Assembly: GCA_963693365.1 (NCBI GenBank)
Contig: CAVNZM010000011.1
Span: 3,577,098 to 3,641,097, forward strand
From: Amoebidium appalachense
Taxonomy: Eukaryota > Protista > Ichthyosporea
DNA: 64,000 bases
Reading direction: 5' to 3'
Positions 19,384 through 56,238 of the stretch are shown here, in pieces. The notes beneath the pieces are model-generated. The model did no database searches. It worked only from the letters and a program-made list of their open reading frames with translations, and had not been told where the DNA came from. The number at the start of each line of letters is the position of its first letter. Position 1 is the first letter of the stretch. The position numbers were made by a program, and so were the translations under genes.

Positions 19384-19414
<31 letters not shown>

Positions 19415-21629
19415 GGGAGAGAGGGAGGGAGAGAGGCGGGGAGGGAGGGAGGGAGGGAGAGGGGGTCGGGAGGGGAGTGTATGTGTTTGTGTGTGTGTGT
19501 TGGTTGGGTGCGAGGCTGGAGTGCCACAGGGAAAGGGTAGGGAGGAGACATAAACAAAATAAGAAAGAAACACATAAGTCCCAGGCCACAAGAAACCAGG
19601 TTGTCCTCCCCCCCCTCCCCCCACACTTTCTTTTTACCCCCCCCTCCCCCCTCCCCCCAAAAAAAGGGGGGGGGGGGGGGGGGTCCCTTAACCCGCAATG
19701 GGCATACATGAAAGATTTCCACGTCTATCTGCCATAGGTGGTAACAAACAGGGGGGCACAAAAGTGCCAAAGGCAAAACGCAGAGGAAGAGAGGATTGGG
19801 CAGATGAGCTGGCCTAATAATAGGTGGGGAGAAGAGGGAAGAGGGAGGGGAGGGGAGGAAGGGCAGTGTGTGTAAAGTGCAAGAATACCGACACAAGGGG
19901 CCCCATACAGCGCGCACAACAACTCTGCTGGAGTAGGAAACAGGAAAAGAAACACATAAACTCTATTGTTGGGTGGGTGGGTGGGTGGGGTATGGTGCGC
20001 AGGAGGGGGGGGGAGGGGGGGGGATCACACAACATCCATGTACACGGGCAGAAACACAGGTATGCACATACCCACACATGAGCATGCGCACACGTGAACA
20101 CACAGACCTATGCACACACACCGAAGAAAAAGAGGAAGCCAAAGAGCTAGAAGAGTGCATATGGCCTTCATCTAAGGGGTCACACAGTCAAAAGAACGAT
20201 ATTCTTAGGAACGTAAGCTGTGTTTACAAGCTTTGCATGCGTGCTTACTATCCAATGTGTGTGTGTGCCCGCGCGTGTGTGTAATCAAGTTACAGAAGCT
20301 TTCTCATAGTTGGAAGTCACGTTTTAGGGTGTCCGGCCAATTAAAAAAAAAAAAATAGGAAAAACGGAAGGGCGCAAAAGGGGGAACGGAAAGGGGTAGG
20401 GAAAGAAACAAAGGTACAACCAATTACTACCTTTGTGATGAGTTGCCTAGATTATGTCAAACAGGGCCTAAAATACGCGGTTGTTCCTGCTACTGGTCGT
20501 TTCTTCCTCTACTTATCCCCCTTGTCTCTGAATGCCAATAATACTGAAGCTCATCCATCGACAGATGCGATCAAAACATGTTTCCTTCACTTGAGGTCAC
20601 GTGTGACGGGGTGAGGGATGGGGGTGAGGATTTTGTGTTCTACACCCAACTGACCTTTTTTTTTGCCACAAGCAACCAGCTAGATGCAAAAATCTGCCAA
20701 ACTTATGATACTCACAACTCTGTAAACTTAATTATGAGCACAACAATACAGGTCAACCTGATCTTGGAGTTGAACGATTTCTATTCCAAACTATTCGTAA
20801 ACGGCTTGGATTGCGCCGTTTTGATTGGAGCCGGGCAATCCGTTCGACGCCTTAGAAACCTCGGGCGTTCCAAATGTGCTGGCAGCATTACGTAACAGCG
20901 GAACATGGGCCGTACATACACTTCCAGCATCATTCATACAGCAATTATTCAATATGAATTTTCCTTTCCAAAGCAGGTTATAATTCAACAGCATTATTTA
21001 GTTAGTTACTTATGTATATAATTATGCTAACTTTAATTTACAACAGTTTGCTATTGCCTGCCAGCGCTGCCGCGACACCTCCGATATTTCCTCCTCTCCT
21101 GCACAACCAACACCATGCCCTTGGCATTACCCGGCATTTAGCTAATAGCAGGGTCATAATTATGTACATGCATACATTAATCAAGGTATATACACCGTGT
21201 TCATAAAGTATACATAGACATGCATGTTACCTAGCGTTCAAGGGAATGTACGTCTTTAACCCATATTTGTACTCAACTGTTGCATTAAACCGACGATTCA
21301 ATACTCTGTACATGTAAGCACACAACCAAAATCTACATACAAAACAAACCACTCACATCTCGAAATTTATAATTTATCAACAAACCCAAGCTACTCCTTC
21401 ATTCCTGCCCCTATGCCCCCCCCCCCCCCCTCCCCCCCCCCCCCTCCCCCCCCCCCCCCCTCCCCCCCCCCCCCCCTCCCTCCTCCTCCTCCTAGCCTCT
21501 AGATATTGCTAGCTCCCCATTGCCCGGCTCATCTCATCTGGGCCTGCCCTGCATCTTCATGCCCGGCCCAATTCGTATATAACGGTTGTATTATCATGAA
21601 TTATCATAATACATTTAGTGATAACCCAA

Positions 21630-34202
<12,573 letters not shown>

Positions 34203-34670
34203 TTTCTAGAACTGGGATTAAAAAGAACTTTTTTCATCGGTTTATAAGGCTATCCAACGATGGGGCATTGATGCCTGTATGCTGTGTGCTGTGATAGGTT
34301 TCGGAAGGTTTCGCCTCTAATCTTAGTTCAATTTCCAAAACCTCTCTTTCGAAACCTCACCTAGCGACCACATCCGTCATTTATTTCGCCTCACAACTAG
34401 TTCTAGTTCAGTTTCTTCTTTTTCGTTCAATACTACGCTCTTGTATTATTTACGCCTCCACTTCACGTCCCAGCCGCACTGCCGGACACCGTAACGTCCC
34501 ACCAGCACCTACAAAAAAAAAAAAAAAACCCCAACTTGCATGCACAACATGTCCCGCTGAGTGACGCACCGTGCGCAACAGGGTTCGAGGTTACGAAAAA
34601 AAATCGGAATTTCCGATATTTGAAAACACAGTTCCGAAAATCGTCCCGGCCAAATCGGAACGTCCGAGAG

Positions 34671-34708
<38 letters not shown>

Positions 34709-35586
34709 CCCGCCCCCGGGGGGAAGCTTCTCATGACTTCGCAGGTCTCATCATACACGGGGCATACACCACCCACACAAGCTGCACACGTACGTACGTG
34801 TCTCCCTGTCCCTGTAGAATGTTCAATGGGAGACCCTGACTACAGCGCCAGCTGCAGCCTAGCACATCTACATGTTGTCACACCAAACACATTTATGCAC
34901 ACACCCACGCACACACACACACACACACACACGCACACACAGACACACACACACAAACTCACACACACACAGCCGTGACACCACATATGCATCATAGCCA
35001 TGCATGGCCACATGTTCATGAACATACAATGCACATGCCTGCGCATGTATATATATATAGAGGCCGGCCTCCACTTCAAAACTTCCCCTCCCCAGAAATC
35101 GAACCCCATTCTCCCCTCCTCCGCTGCCCACCGTTTCCTCCACCAGTGCTGCCCCTCCTTCTCCCCCACCGCCGCTCCGGCCTCACCCCTCCCCCCCCTC
35201 CCCCCCCCCCCCTCAGGCGGATCCCTCCCCCCCCCCCCCCCCCCCACTAGTACTCCCCTCCCCCCCCCCCCCCCCCCCATTGCCCCCCAAGAAGGCCTTA
35301 ACATGGAATGGATCTAGATGCTCAGAGTCGACGGCCACCAGGTGCAGGTGCCACGTGTATCACGATCAGTGGCATGCGTTTTCAATGGCAGGCGAGTACA
35401 CACTGTGCACCACTGTGTTCCGTTCAAAGACACACATCCACATACATACACAGCCGTGACACCACACAATCATGTGACCTAGGCTAGTACACGTTCACAG
35501 GCACATACTATCTCAGATCATGATAACGGTATTACAAACGTGCACATGCATCCACCCTGTACAATATTAATCACATGCTATGCACC

Positions 35587-35657
<71 letters not shown>

Positions 35658-35706
35658 ACACCGCACACACACAATGTACACGGCGCACGCACACAAACCC
35701 CGTGGC

Positions 35707-35741
<35 letters not shown>

Positions 35742-35927
35742 CAAGAAACCGTTGGTACAAACACACACCCACACTGGCATGTACACACACACACACAGAC
35801 ACACACACCCTGCATACATACACACCACACTGCACACACACACACATACATACACACACTGTACATACATACACAAACACCATAACCGTTGGCACAAAAC
35901 ACACACACACATACACACAATGTCATG

Positions 35928-35977
<50 letters not shown>

Positions 35978-36260
35978 CACGTGCACATGTGCACACATGC
36001 ACACAACATAGACACACACACACCGATTACCGCTGACACAAATACACACACCCACACCTGTACACATACACACAGACACACACACCGTGGATACATACCC
36101 ACCACACACACACACACACAATTGCAAAGAAAAATACTCAAACACACACAAACACAGACACAACCACCCGACCTGATTTTCTTCCCCCCCCCCCCCCCCC
36201 CCTCTCCCCCCCAAACATTCGATTTCTGCCTGAGCTTCCCATGTTGCTGCCTCAACTCAC

Positions 36261-36307
<47 letters not shown>

Positions 36308-37213
36308 CCCCCCCTCCCTCCCCTCCCCCTCCCCCAAAATGTTTAAATACGGAGACAAAATGTATATATATATTGTGCATTATGTAATATTGCACTTCAT
36401 ATTTCCCTTTTATTCCTTCAAACCTTCAAGTGCCAACACCAGGAAGGCTCTAATAACCACAGGGGTTTTCAGTATGCATTATAATTACATTTTGATGCAA
36501 TATAGGCACAAATAAGCATGCCCTAGTTTACTGATGCGCGATGATTACGATTTTTGGTGGGCCTGCTCCGACGGAGCATTCCGATTTTCGAAGAGGTTTT
36601 CCGAAACGGGATTTCGACTTCCGTTAATGGGCTCCACCGTCCTTCGAACCCTGGTGCGCAAATAGATCTATTCTATCGGTAGATGTGATTGGCTACAAGC
36701 GCACCACAGCGCGCAAAATAAAATAGCCTTATTTGGAAGGTACTTTTTCACTTGGGCCCATCTTTCTCCAGCGCCGCTCTCCCCCTCCCTCCCCCCCCCT
36801 TCCTCTCCCAAGGATCCCCCCTTCTCCCCCTTTCTCCCCCCTCCCCCCGCCCTTTTTTCCTTCTCATCACCCATCAATTGTTACGGTGGGAAAAGAATGT
36901 GTGATTCTGGGAACCCCTTGATTTTATCATATGTGCGTGGTCAGATGGGCACTCTTTTGTCGATTCGGAAGTTGCACGATGCAGTAAATGTACATTCCAA
37001 AACTGAAAAGGATAGCAAGTTCAGCCCTAAGGGTAAGAAGCTGTTTATTATAATGTAGCAATTTATAAAGAGACGGGGACTCTAAACAAACAAGAGAGGG
37101 CAAGAGGACGAGATGTGAAAGGGGGGGGGGGGGGGGGGGGGGTTTAACGGGAACAACCCATGCTTCAAGAACGCAAGCTTTAGATCCACCCTAATACAGC
37201 CCTTGATTAGCTA

Positions 37214-38405
37214 CTACTCGTTAAGTGTCTTTGAAAAAACAACACGCGGTATAGTTAGGTCTGTATTCCGAAGTGGGTGGTCGTATCTGTGCTGCTCCAC
37301 ATATCCACACCGCTCATAAAACGGTGCTGCATTGAGCGAGGAGACTATCTTCACCTCCTTGGCGCCTTTTTGCCGTGCAAGGCCCTCAACATGCGAGAGA
37401 AGAAACCTTCCCCGTCCCTGCTTGGCTCCCGAGGGATGCACGTGAAGGGACTCCACCTGGGGATGCACAACTTGACCTTAGTTTATGTTTGTGTGTGTGT
37501 TGTGCATTTTGCTTAGGGGTTCCGTGTTCAAGCATGCAGTGTGTGTGCGTATGTGTGTATGTCAGTGTGTGTGTGCGCGCGCACCAGCTCGGTCACGCGT
37601 GCGTGCCTGTGCGCGCTGGGAAGTTGCGGGGATGCCTCCCCCTCCGCACTTCTTCCCCGTTAGAGAAGGGATCTGGGTGCATATGCGTGCCACTGCGTTT
37701 ATGTTGGGGAGGAAGTGGGGAGGGGGGGGGGAGGGGGGGGGGGGAAGGCGGGCGGACGGCGACGGGGCGGGGTTTTAGGGAGAGGGGGGGGAAGAGGGGG
37801 GGGGGGGGGGAGGGGGGGAGGGAGGAAGAAAGACACGGAGAGCAAATAATGTGCCGGAAGCATCGGGGACAGATCGCGGTGAATGTCAGAGCAGCTTGTC
37901 GCAGGAAAGTTGTGCATGCATACGAGGAGAGAGAGTGGGTGCTTTCCGGCCACAAAAGACGGCGCGTCCCCCACAGTGGGTTGTGCAGATGCGCGTTTTG
38001 GCTTCGGTCTCCGTAATTCACAAACTGCAAGCCCATGCCATACAAACCACTTACTTCGCGGTACTTAAGTCTACAAATCAGCTTGTTCAAACCTCCCCTA
38101 CCCGGATCTTTTGTCCGCCCGTGTCCATTAATACCTCGGCAAGCGGTAGTTGAAGCGATGTCCACGTGACCAAACCTTCTACTCTTCCATCAACTTCAAG
38201 AACATATGCTTCTCCTCTCTCTGTTGCTTTCGCGTAAGCTGCAGGCGTCACCAGTGCTGTCCAAGCTTTTATTTGGTCGTGTGTGTGGCATCCAGCAGCC
38301 AAATCCGTTATGGCTGCAATGTGAAAAAATGGCCATGATGTTGCCATCCGACAACGTGGCAGGACGGATGGTCCAGTTTTTTGTGGGGTGTGTGGTTGCT
38401 GCCAT
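37214..38405 (-). CDS. Bacterial-type GNAT acetyltransferase (YafP / Acetyltransf_10-like), 2 exons (38405-38055, 37456-37214)
   Basis: WTIRPATLSD...HIAAITDLAAGCHTHDQIKAW...YVLEVDGRVEGFG...VESLHVHPSGAKQGRGRFLL...IVSSLNAAPFYERCGY. The acetyl-CoA motif Q-G-x-G and the NA..FY..GY motif are present. Two homopolymer indels (38324-38329 and 38172-38174) must be corrected. Confidence 0.8.
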
Positions 38406-38551
38406 TCTGCTATGAGAGCTGTGTCGTTCGAGAAGTTGCGTCGCTTTTTGGGAAGCTGACGCTTTCTAAAATAGTCATGCACTCGGGACTGAGACCGTGA
38501 GACAGACACAGGCACTGAGCAGCACCCTGAATTCGGCCGGCCTAGCTCCTA

Positions 38552-38580
38552 TGACGTCATGGCCGCCTGCGCTGACGTCA
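38552..38580. promoter_or_regulatory. Two perfect CRE/ATF palindromes (TGACGTCA) upstream of the GNAT gene
   Basis: TGACGTCA at 38552-38559 and 38573-38580, 21 bp apart and about 150 bp upstream of the ATG. Confidence 0.5.
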
Positions 38581-38750
38581 CTCTGACGGGAACTCGACCT
38601 TATATGGCGATAGTGAGTAGTCACTACATACTGAGTACATGGGTCATTCAGAAAGAAGATAATTCACATATCAGAAAATAAGTACTCGAATTTTGGGGGG
38701 GGGAAAGAAGTCTAGGGTAAGAAGGGGCCAACCACATCGGCAGAGTCAAT

Positions 38751-38820
38751 TTGCAAAAAGCAGAATTATTCTGCAAAAAGCGGAATAATTCTGCAAAAGG
38801 CATAATTATTCTGCAAATGC
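38751..38820. repeat. 20-bp tandem repeat with palindromic core, 3.5 units
   Basis: (c/t)tgcaaaaagcagaattatt units; gcagaat-t-attctgc is self-complementary. Confidence 0.85.
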
Positions 38821-38995
38821 CAAAATTCACCTTAAGAAGCATCGAACATTGTTATAAAGTCCCCATCCTCACATGAATTCCGAGTTTTACACCTAATGCT
38901 GCTTGGAAAATAAATTATTATTCTTTTTTAAATTTAAATTTTTTTTAATGGTGGTGGTGTTATGGATTTTTTTTCATTAATTTCTTTCTTTTTTT

Positions 38996-39046
<51 letters not shown>

Positions 39047-39890
39047 CGAAGGGTTGATCCTTATTCCTCCCCCTCCCCCAGGGCCCAACCACACCACGGG
39101 AGGGATACAGTCAACAGTGTGTTTTTGTTAACCACGCGCACGTTTTTTTTTTTTTTTCTCGCGCACACGTGTGTGTGCATGGCCCCGGAGGAGATAAGGG
39201 GGACCAAGATTGGGGGGAGGGGGGGAAGAGGGCGCAGAGGCCGGCAAGGGGAGAGCTGTGAGAGCTCGACAGAGAGAGAAACAGGGGGGAGGGGAATTAT
39301 TGAGTAAGTGTTATAAAATTGCCATATTAGTGTTGAAATAAGTCTTCGCACGGGCGTGCATGTCCCAAAGTGTGTGGGTGGCTGTCATTTACTTTGGAGG
39401 GCGAGGCGGGGGGTGAAAGGTGGGGGAAGGTGGGAGGGGGAGGGGGGAGGGGAAGGAGGGCTGGGAGGGGGAGGGAGGGACAGGGAAAGTGGGAGAGAAA
39501 GAGGGAGGGGGTCACTGCAGGCGGGGGGGGGGGGGGGGGGGGGGGGGGGGGAGGGGGGGGGGGGGAGGAAGAGAGGGGCAGGGGGGCAGGGGGGGGGGGG
39601 GGGGGGGGGGGAAGTACCAACGTAAGTCTGGCATTAACTATACGTATGCATTATGTCTTTCTCATTCACTACATGTAGCTCCAGATTTACTCTTGTGTTC
39701 GAATTCACACCAACACACACACAAGCGCGCACACACACAAGCACATATGCACAGACATGTATACAGGGAAAAGAAGCCGTCCACACCACATGACATACGG
39801 ACTCTAACATGCGCGCATGGGGCACCCAGTTGCACAACTTACACAGTGGTGGTGGTGGTGGGTTGGTGGGTGGGGTGGGGTGGGGTGGGG

Positions 39891-39939
<49 letters not shown>

Positions 39940-40395
39940 TCTAAGAGGGGGGGGGGGGGGAGGGAGATAGAAGACTAGTCGGCAGCTCAAGGGGTTCTTT
40001 GCTTTGCCCTTTTGGACAGCATGATACATACAATACATTCTTGGAAAGCCAGCACCACCACCGGCACTCTCGCATGACACTTGCATGGCCTTAATGAAAA
40101 AAGATTCACGTTACACATTTTACGTGCACATTATCCAGTGTCACACCGACACAAACAATACGGGGAAAAACCCACCAAGACTCTTTTTGTTTAAAAGAAA
40201 TTTCATGCCACGAATTCATACATACAAGAGAGTCAGAAACAGAAAGAAGAAGAGGACTACGCAATCACAAAAAGAAAGGCAAAACAATTATAGATTCCAG
40301 ACACATTTCACCCTTAACATCTGGTGCGCGCGCTTCAAATTCGTTACATATACACACAACACGTGTGTTCGCGCGTCAGAGGGTGTCTATGCCCA

Positions 40396-40486
<91 letters not shown>

Positions 40487-40619
40487 ACGTGTGACCTCCA
40501 TGGGTTTGTGTTAAAAAATAACGTGGTGTTGTATATGAACGACAGCCACTTATCAATTAGAAAGCCAAAAGAGATGAAAAAGTCAACGAATCACACCTTA
40601 TTACAAGAAAATACGAAGA

Positions 40620-40658
<39 letters not shown>

Positions 40659-40755
40659 AAAAAAAAAAAAAAAAGAAAAGGTTTAAACCCCACAAGGGAG
40701 GGAAAAAAAAAGGAAGAAGAAAAGAAAAGGAAGAGAAAAGGGGAAAAAAACCTTA

Positions 40756-40801
<46 letters not shown>

Positions 40802-41218
40802 AAAAAGGGGAAAAAAAAAAAAAAAAAAAAAAAACGGAGAACAAGAATTGGCCCAGGTGTGAATACTATACACGAGAAGCAACTATCAAAAAAAAAAAGA
40901 GGAGGAGGAGGAGAACTCAAGGAGGAAAGGAAGAAGAGGACAACGAAGAACGATGAGAGATAAAAACAGCAACGAAACATGTTTCTAACCGAACCAACTC
41001 CGTTACTTTTTCTCAAAGTTCCTATGTCATGTAGCTGCAAGCATGCGCCACCACCACCAAGTTCCCATCCACTTGCAACCACACACACGTGAAGCTCACA
41101 TTCACCATACCCAAAATCGTTTTCACCCAACCTTCAACTGCGTCGACGGAAAGTAAACTGGCCTGGGCTGAAGTCTGAACAAGAACAAGAACAACACGCT
41201 CCAAGCACAGCAGTCGCA

Positions 41219-50709
<9,491 letters not shown>

Positions 50710-50924
50710 CCTCCCTGCGCAAAGAAAAAAAATGCATTAGAGAGAGAAATCGAGTGAGAGAGAGCAAGAACGAGGGGGGGGGGGGGGGGGGGGGGGGGAG
50801 GAGAGGAGGAATAAGAGAATGTCAAGAAGTGCCTCTATAGCCAAGGCAGCTGAGTTGGGCGAGGATAAACAAGCAGGATATAAAGGGGGGAGAAGGGGGG
50901 GGGGGGGGGAGGGGGGGGGAGGGG

Positions 50925-51052
50925 GTAGAATAAGATCTAGAGTACACATTCATCAAGGACAACACAACACAGAGTGCAGACCACACATAAAGAGTATGCA
51001 TAGTAAGCAGAGCCCATCCTCAGGGGGGACCAAAGTCATACACAGTACCCGA
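50925..51052 (-). mobile_element. 5'-truncated copy D of the structured repeat
   Basis: cataaagagtatgcata.taagcagagcccatcctcaggggg...cacagtacccga is almost identical to copy A. Confidence 0.8.
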
Positions 51053-51395
51053 AGGGGTAGAATGTGCTAAAGAGTATGAAGTATGCATTCAAGACAGAAC
51101 AGACCAGAACAAAATAGATTTGCGAAGCTGGCACCAAGAGTAGGCATCTTAAGTGGTGGAATGCAGAGAGAAAAAGCCTCGGCCGGAAAAATGCATCGGA
51201 TGTCGTAAAAAGACATGGGATGCGAAGAGGGAAAAAACCATAATAATAACAAAGGTGCCGTAGAACACAAGCAGTTTCGAATCACAGTTTCGAAAGTGAC
51301 AGGAGTTACTATATACCTGTCTGAAGCCCCTATTAAAAACAGAACACGCTACCTAAGGATCAGGCACGCCCGGGCGCAGGGGGGGGGGGGGGGGG

Positions 51396-51476
51396 TTTGA
51401 ACGTGGTGCAGAATACGAAGTACACCTTCACGACGGACAACACGATGCAGATTGCAAAGCACACCTAAATAGCATG
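51396..51476 (-). mobile_element. 3'-tail-only copy of the repeat
   Basis: tacgaagtacac...acggacaacacgatgcagattgcaa matches 14396-14440. Confidence 0.65.
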
Positions 51477-51681
51477 GGACGAGTGATCTTTTGCTTTTTA
51501 TTCCCTGCTAACAATCTCTCTGATGGTGCAATATTTCGTTTGCAAAAAAATAGAAAGGGCTCAGGGAAAAAAATCACTCATTTTTCGAAGTTCATCCCCC
51601 CCTCCCGTGGTCTGTTCTTGCGAACAGTGTGAAGCTGTGTGCGCAATCCTGGACACCGCAAAGGCCGACCCCGATCTAGGG

Positions 51682-51723
<42 letters not shown>

Positions 51724-52055
51724 GCAAGAGTGAGAGTGAGGATACAGCTGTACAAGATTTCAAAGGTGGCTGTCCGGAAGCAATTGTGAAAAGGGCAAGG
51801 ACGGGATTCAACATCAAACACAGCCTAAAGAGCCCCCCCAGGTAGAGTGGGTGTTTTTATTTTTTTTATTATTTTTTTTTGGCCCTGGGGCCCCGGCGGG
51901 GCGGGGGGGGAAAGGGGGGGGGGGGGGGGGGGGGGGGGCAGGTGTAAGGGTTGTGTTGAAGGAGAGAGTTGGGGAAGAACAACGAAAGCATATACTCCGT
52001 CAAGGCAGGCTCACATTATATACTTCAAGCAATCAGTGGAGTGCCATGGTGGCAA

Positions 52056-52127
<72 letters not shown>

Positions 52128-52713
52128 ATCCTTGCAAAGCGCCACACACTCAAAACCAGAAATTAGAGGTTTGCCATGATGGTAGGTGTGTTTAAATGCT
52201 TGTGTATTTCATTCTAACAATGATTGGCAGCTCCTGCATCGCCGATGGGTGCGCGGATCGAAGTTATGTTCTGCAGGGTTGAGCTACAAACATACTAAAA
52301 TCACGGGATGGTAGCATGCACGTGAGTCAGCGTGCTCGCGAAAACCTCGAATTATAAGAAGTCCCAGGTAGAAGCCCAAACATTGCGGTCCACTGTAGAA
52401 GCCAAAAAATGAGCAGTAACTAAGTAACTAGGAAAACAGATGTCAGTGAAGAGGGAAGAACGGAAAAGATCCGATGCAAATCGAATGCAGAGGTTGTGTG
52501 ACGAGATGGCTTCTTAATTTTTTCAGAAGAGGGGGAGTTTTTGTAGGGCAGAGGAGAGGCCAAGGAATAAGAGAGAGAACGAGGGGGGGGAGGAGAGGGG
52601 GCGGGGGGGGGGGGGGGGGGGGGGAAGGGGAGAGGGGGGGGGGGAGGGGGGGGGGGGGGAGAGAGATAGGGAGAGAGAGGGAGGGAGGGAGGGAGGGAGA
52701 GAGAGAGGGGGGG

Positions 52714-52769
<56 letters not shown>

Positions 52770-54333
52770 CGGGGGGAGGGGGGGGGGGGGGGAGAGGGAG
52801 GCAGATAGGGAGGAAGGGAGGGGGGGGGGGGGGGGGGGGAGGGCGGGGGGAGAAGGAGGGAGAGAGAAGTGAGGGAGGGAAGGAGGAAGAGGGAGGGAGG
52901 GAGGGAGGGAGGGAGGGAGGGAGGGAGGGAGGGAGGGAGGGAGGGTAGGAGGGAGGGCGAGATCGGGAGGGGGCGAAAGGGGGAGAGAGGAGAGATGGCG
53001 GAGAGGGAGTGAGAGAGAGAAGGAGGGAGGGAGAAAGGGAGGGGGGGGGAAGGAGGGAGGGAGGGAGGGAGGGGGGGAGTGAGTGAGGGAGGGAAAGAGA
53101 GGGAGAGAAAGAAAAAGAGAGAGAGAGAAAGGGAGACATATTATCAAAAAAGAACAGGTTCATGTCTTACCGTAAGGCACAGTGAGTTCGTTGTCGCAGC
53201 CAAAGTTAAGCTCCTGGTTTTTGCGCTACCGAGAAACTCACGACTGCCATACGTTGTCAGACGAGCGCAAGAGGAGGGAGGGAGCCTACGTCATTAACGT
53301 TTTCAGTCACGTGAACAACTCCCGCACTCTCCCAACTTGAATATAATACAGCAAATAATAAGGGACCTTAATTCGTAAAAATTAATGCTCCTCCTCTTTT
53401 TCGCTCTCCTCAACAAGATCGTCACATCCAGAAAGCTGAAAGGCCAGGAAAATATAACGTGAATGGTGCCCCAGAAATGAGTCCCAAAGGATAATAAAAA
53501 TAACTTTACGTTTAAACTTTGTACTCTTTTACGAAAGAAGGCCTCTTTACGGTTTGCACCCTCCCCGTTTTCCCTATATCTTTTTGCTTTAGCTTTTTTC
53601 ACGTTTTTCGCTCACTCGCACAGCCTCGGAACGTAAACAAACGCCCGTCAGGCTCCAAACACGTGCATCTGCGTTGCATAGTTTTATTTTTGCCTCGCTC
53701 AAAAATACTACTGAAAACGCCAATAGGAGTAGTTTTAAAAGCTTTTGGACCAATAGCTGTGTGGTTTACAGAAAGCTGTAAATCATTTTGTGCACGCAGA
53801 TTACACTTGAGCCGGGGGAAAACAAGGCCACACAGAGACGGGGGAATGGTCACACAGAGCTTTACAATAGGATAGGTCCTACGTGCTGGCGCCCGAAAGA
53901 GTGAACTTTGTATACCTAACGTATTCTTTCTAATTTAGCGCGCGGTCGTCTGTAGGTGTGAACCCGTTGGTTCGTCACGGTGTGTGGCGGCGTTACGTGC
54001 GTGTGTGAGCACGTGCCCCTTGACACAACATAAATGGGCCAGCCTAAGGAGTAAACACACTGTATTTTCAGCTGTAGTGGCTGGTACCGGCGGTGGTTCG
54101 TGCATTCAGATACGCGCCAAACATCATTACGCACGGTGTGTGTTTGTGTGTGTGTGTGTGTATGTCGTGTGTGTGTGGGGTTGTGTATGTGCACCGCGTA
54201 TGCGCCCATGTGTGCGTGCTTGTGTTTGTGGTCACTGTTTGTGTGTGTGTGTGTATTTGTGTTTCTGTGTGTGTTTGTCTTGTCGTTGCATGTGTGTGAT
54301 GGGGGGCGTGGGTGGGAGAGTGGCCCCCAGGTT

Positions 54334-54380
<47 letters not shown>

Positions 54381-54574
54381 CTGATTTTCATCTTACGTTC
54401 GTGATTATCTTCCAGGAATCACAGGCTTCTGAGCTCGACAACAGCACTCATTCAGTTAAGTGCACATCAAACGGCTTTATAGAACAAAGCAATTGAGGAC
54501 TTGATAAAGAGGGAAAACGTTTAAAAAGAAAAAAAAAAGCACGTTCGAGTGTGTTGCCTGTTTGTGTAGATGAA

Positions 54575-54605
<31 letters not shown>

Positions 54606-55141
54606 TTCAGCTTTATTTTGATTACAGTATGTCAGCGACCAGTGTTTTTCATCAGCGTCCCGTTTATAGATAACAGACAATGGCACTCCAGCCAAGTGTG
54701 ATTATATTTGTCACTCAGAAGTGAATAAATACATCTATTTGGGGCTCGGTCTCACACAGACGAACTGTCGATTAGAACCACTTTTCAGAAACTTCAAAGG
54801 AGAAAACCGGAGTGGAAGGAATTAACACCTAACAGGAGAATGTTTGTACAAATGCTCACAGGTCTTGCTAGGCCTTGTTTGTGTATAACTACATCCTCTG
54901 CTGTAGCTAGGCCTATAGATCACATTGCTGCTACAAATTACCAAACCTTGCACGGCTAAATGAAAGCTAACAAAAGTGCCTCCCTCCCCCCCCCCCCCCC
55001 CCCGGGCCCCCCCCCCCCTCCCACCTTCTTCGGGTGCAGGAAGGGGGGGGGGGGGGGGGGGGGGGGGGAGGGAGGGACACGTGGTATAGTTTGTATTAAG
55101 CTGCCACAATGTTTTGTCGTCCACTTGACTAGCAGCACAGG

Positions 55142-56238
55142 TTAAACGAATCTCGGCAGCAGCAGCAGTGTCTTCTCGTCCATTTTTTGCATTATTAAGT
55201 CTGTTTGAGCCAGAGGCCCTTTGTTAGCTCCCTTCCAAAAAACGGAGGCTGTGTTCCCAGCTCCCCCCCTACAGGTGACACACCTACACTTTCCTCCTGT
55301 TCCGGTTTCTTGAATGAAATATCCACACTCCACAGCTGCCAATATTTTCTTCCACAACGAATATTTTGGCTCCACTACCGGAAGGCCCATGTTCTTCTTC
55401 ACGCCGTTCACGCCATGTACCTGCCGCATAACACATGTCAGACAAGGCATCCCACTTGCCCTGAAAGTTTATGAAGGAGACACACAAATAATATACAGTC
55501 AACATCTCTAAACCTTCCCGATGGCAAACCAGTTTGCTCCCTAAAATAGAACGCAAAAAAAATCCTCTTATACGGATCACTGAGAGATGTTCCGGGAGGA
55601 AGGGGGGGAGGGGGAGGAGAGTTATCGAAAAGTTAAAAAAGATAGGCGAGGCTGCAAGGCCAGCCGAGTAAACGTGGCAGACATCAAACAGGAAACGCGT
55701 GCGTGAGCGCATGCATGTATGTGTGTGTGCGTGAGCCAATGCTGAGCGAGGGAAACATACCGTGAACGTTAACACGGCCCACGAACGAAGGGGTGTGAGG
55801 TGGAAATACTACGTACTCAACTAATGCTATCTTACATTCTTGAAGTTTGCTTGTCCGTATGCCTATATACGCGTGTGCTAGAGCTTTTTGTGTGTCCAGT
55901 GTTGCTGCCTACCGCTTGTTGCGTGTAACTGCCGTGCAAAGTCAACTAACTCAACTCGTCTTCGGGCATTCAGGCTCTGCCATGTGCATAGCTCCACGTT
56001 CGGCTTGTTCTCATGGTCCAGACGTCGAGTTCTGCCAACAACGCATCGTTTTTTGCCATGTCGCCTTCCTGAAGAGCACACAGTCTTCTGCTTCTTATGT
56101 CTTTGACTTTGGCTACGAAAGGAGTTATCTCTCGCTCAACGGCTGCCATCTCTTCCAGAGTATGTACGTAGGGGTGTGCGAGTAGCTCCGTGTGCACGCC
56201 CACCATTTTTCGGTGCAAAGAAATAGTTGCTTCTGACA
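55142..56238 (-). CDS. Unknown gene or degraded ORFs (MSEATISLHRKMVGVHTELLAHP...)
   Basis: Two microsatellite-free coding-like blocks (about 56238-55815 and 55465-55142). No recognisable domain, and the frames are broken. Confidence 0.35.

Noticed and set aside
34595-36630. Possible terminal inverted repeats (aaatcggaacgtccg vs cggagcattccgattt)
   Set aside because: The match is short and imperfect, with no target-site duplication or transposase.
38172-38329. Programmed ribosomal frameshifting or RNA editing, suggested by frame breaks in GNAT, anoctamin (22720-22735) and ATXN7 (about 46420-46460)
   Set aside because: The breaks fall in homopolymers and go in both directions, as expected for long-read consensus errors. 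There is no shared slippery motif.
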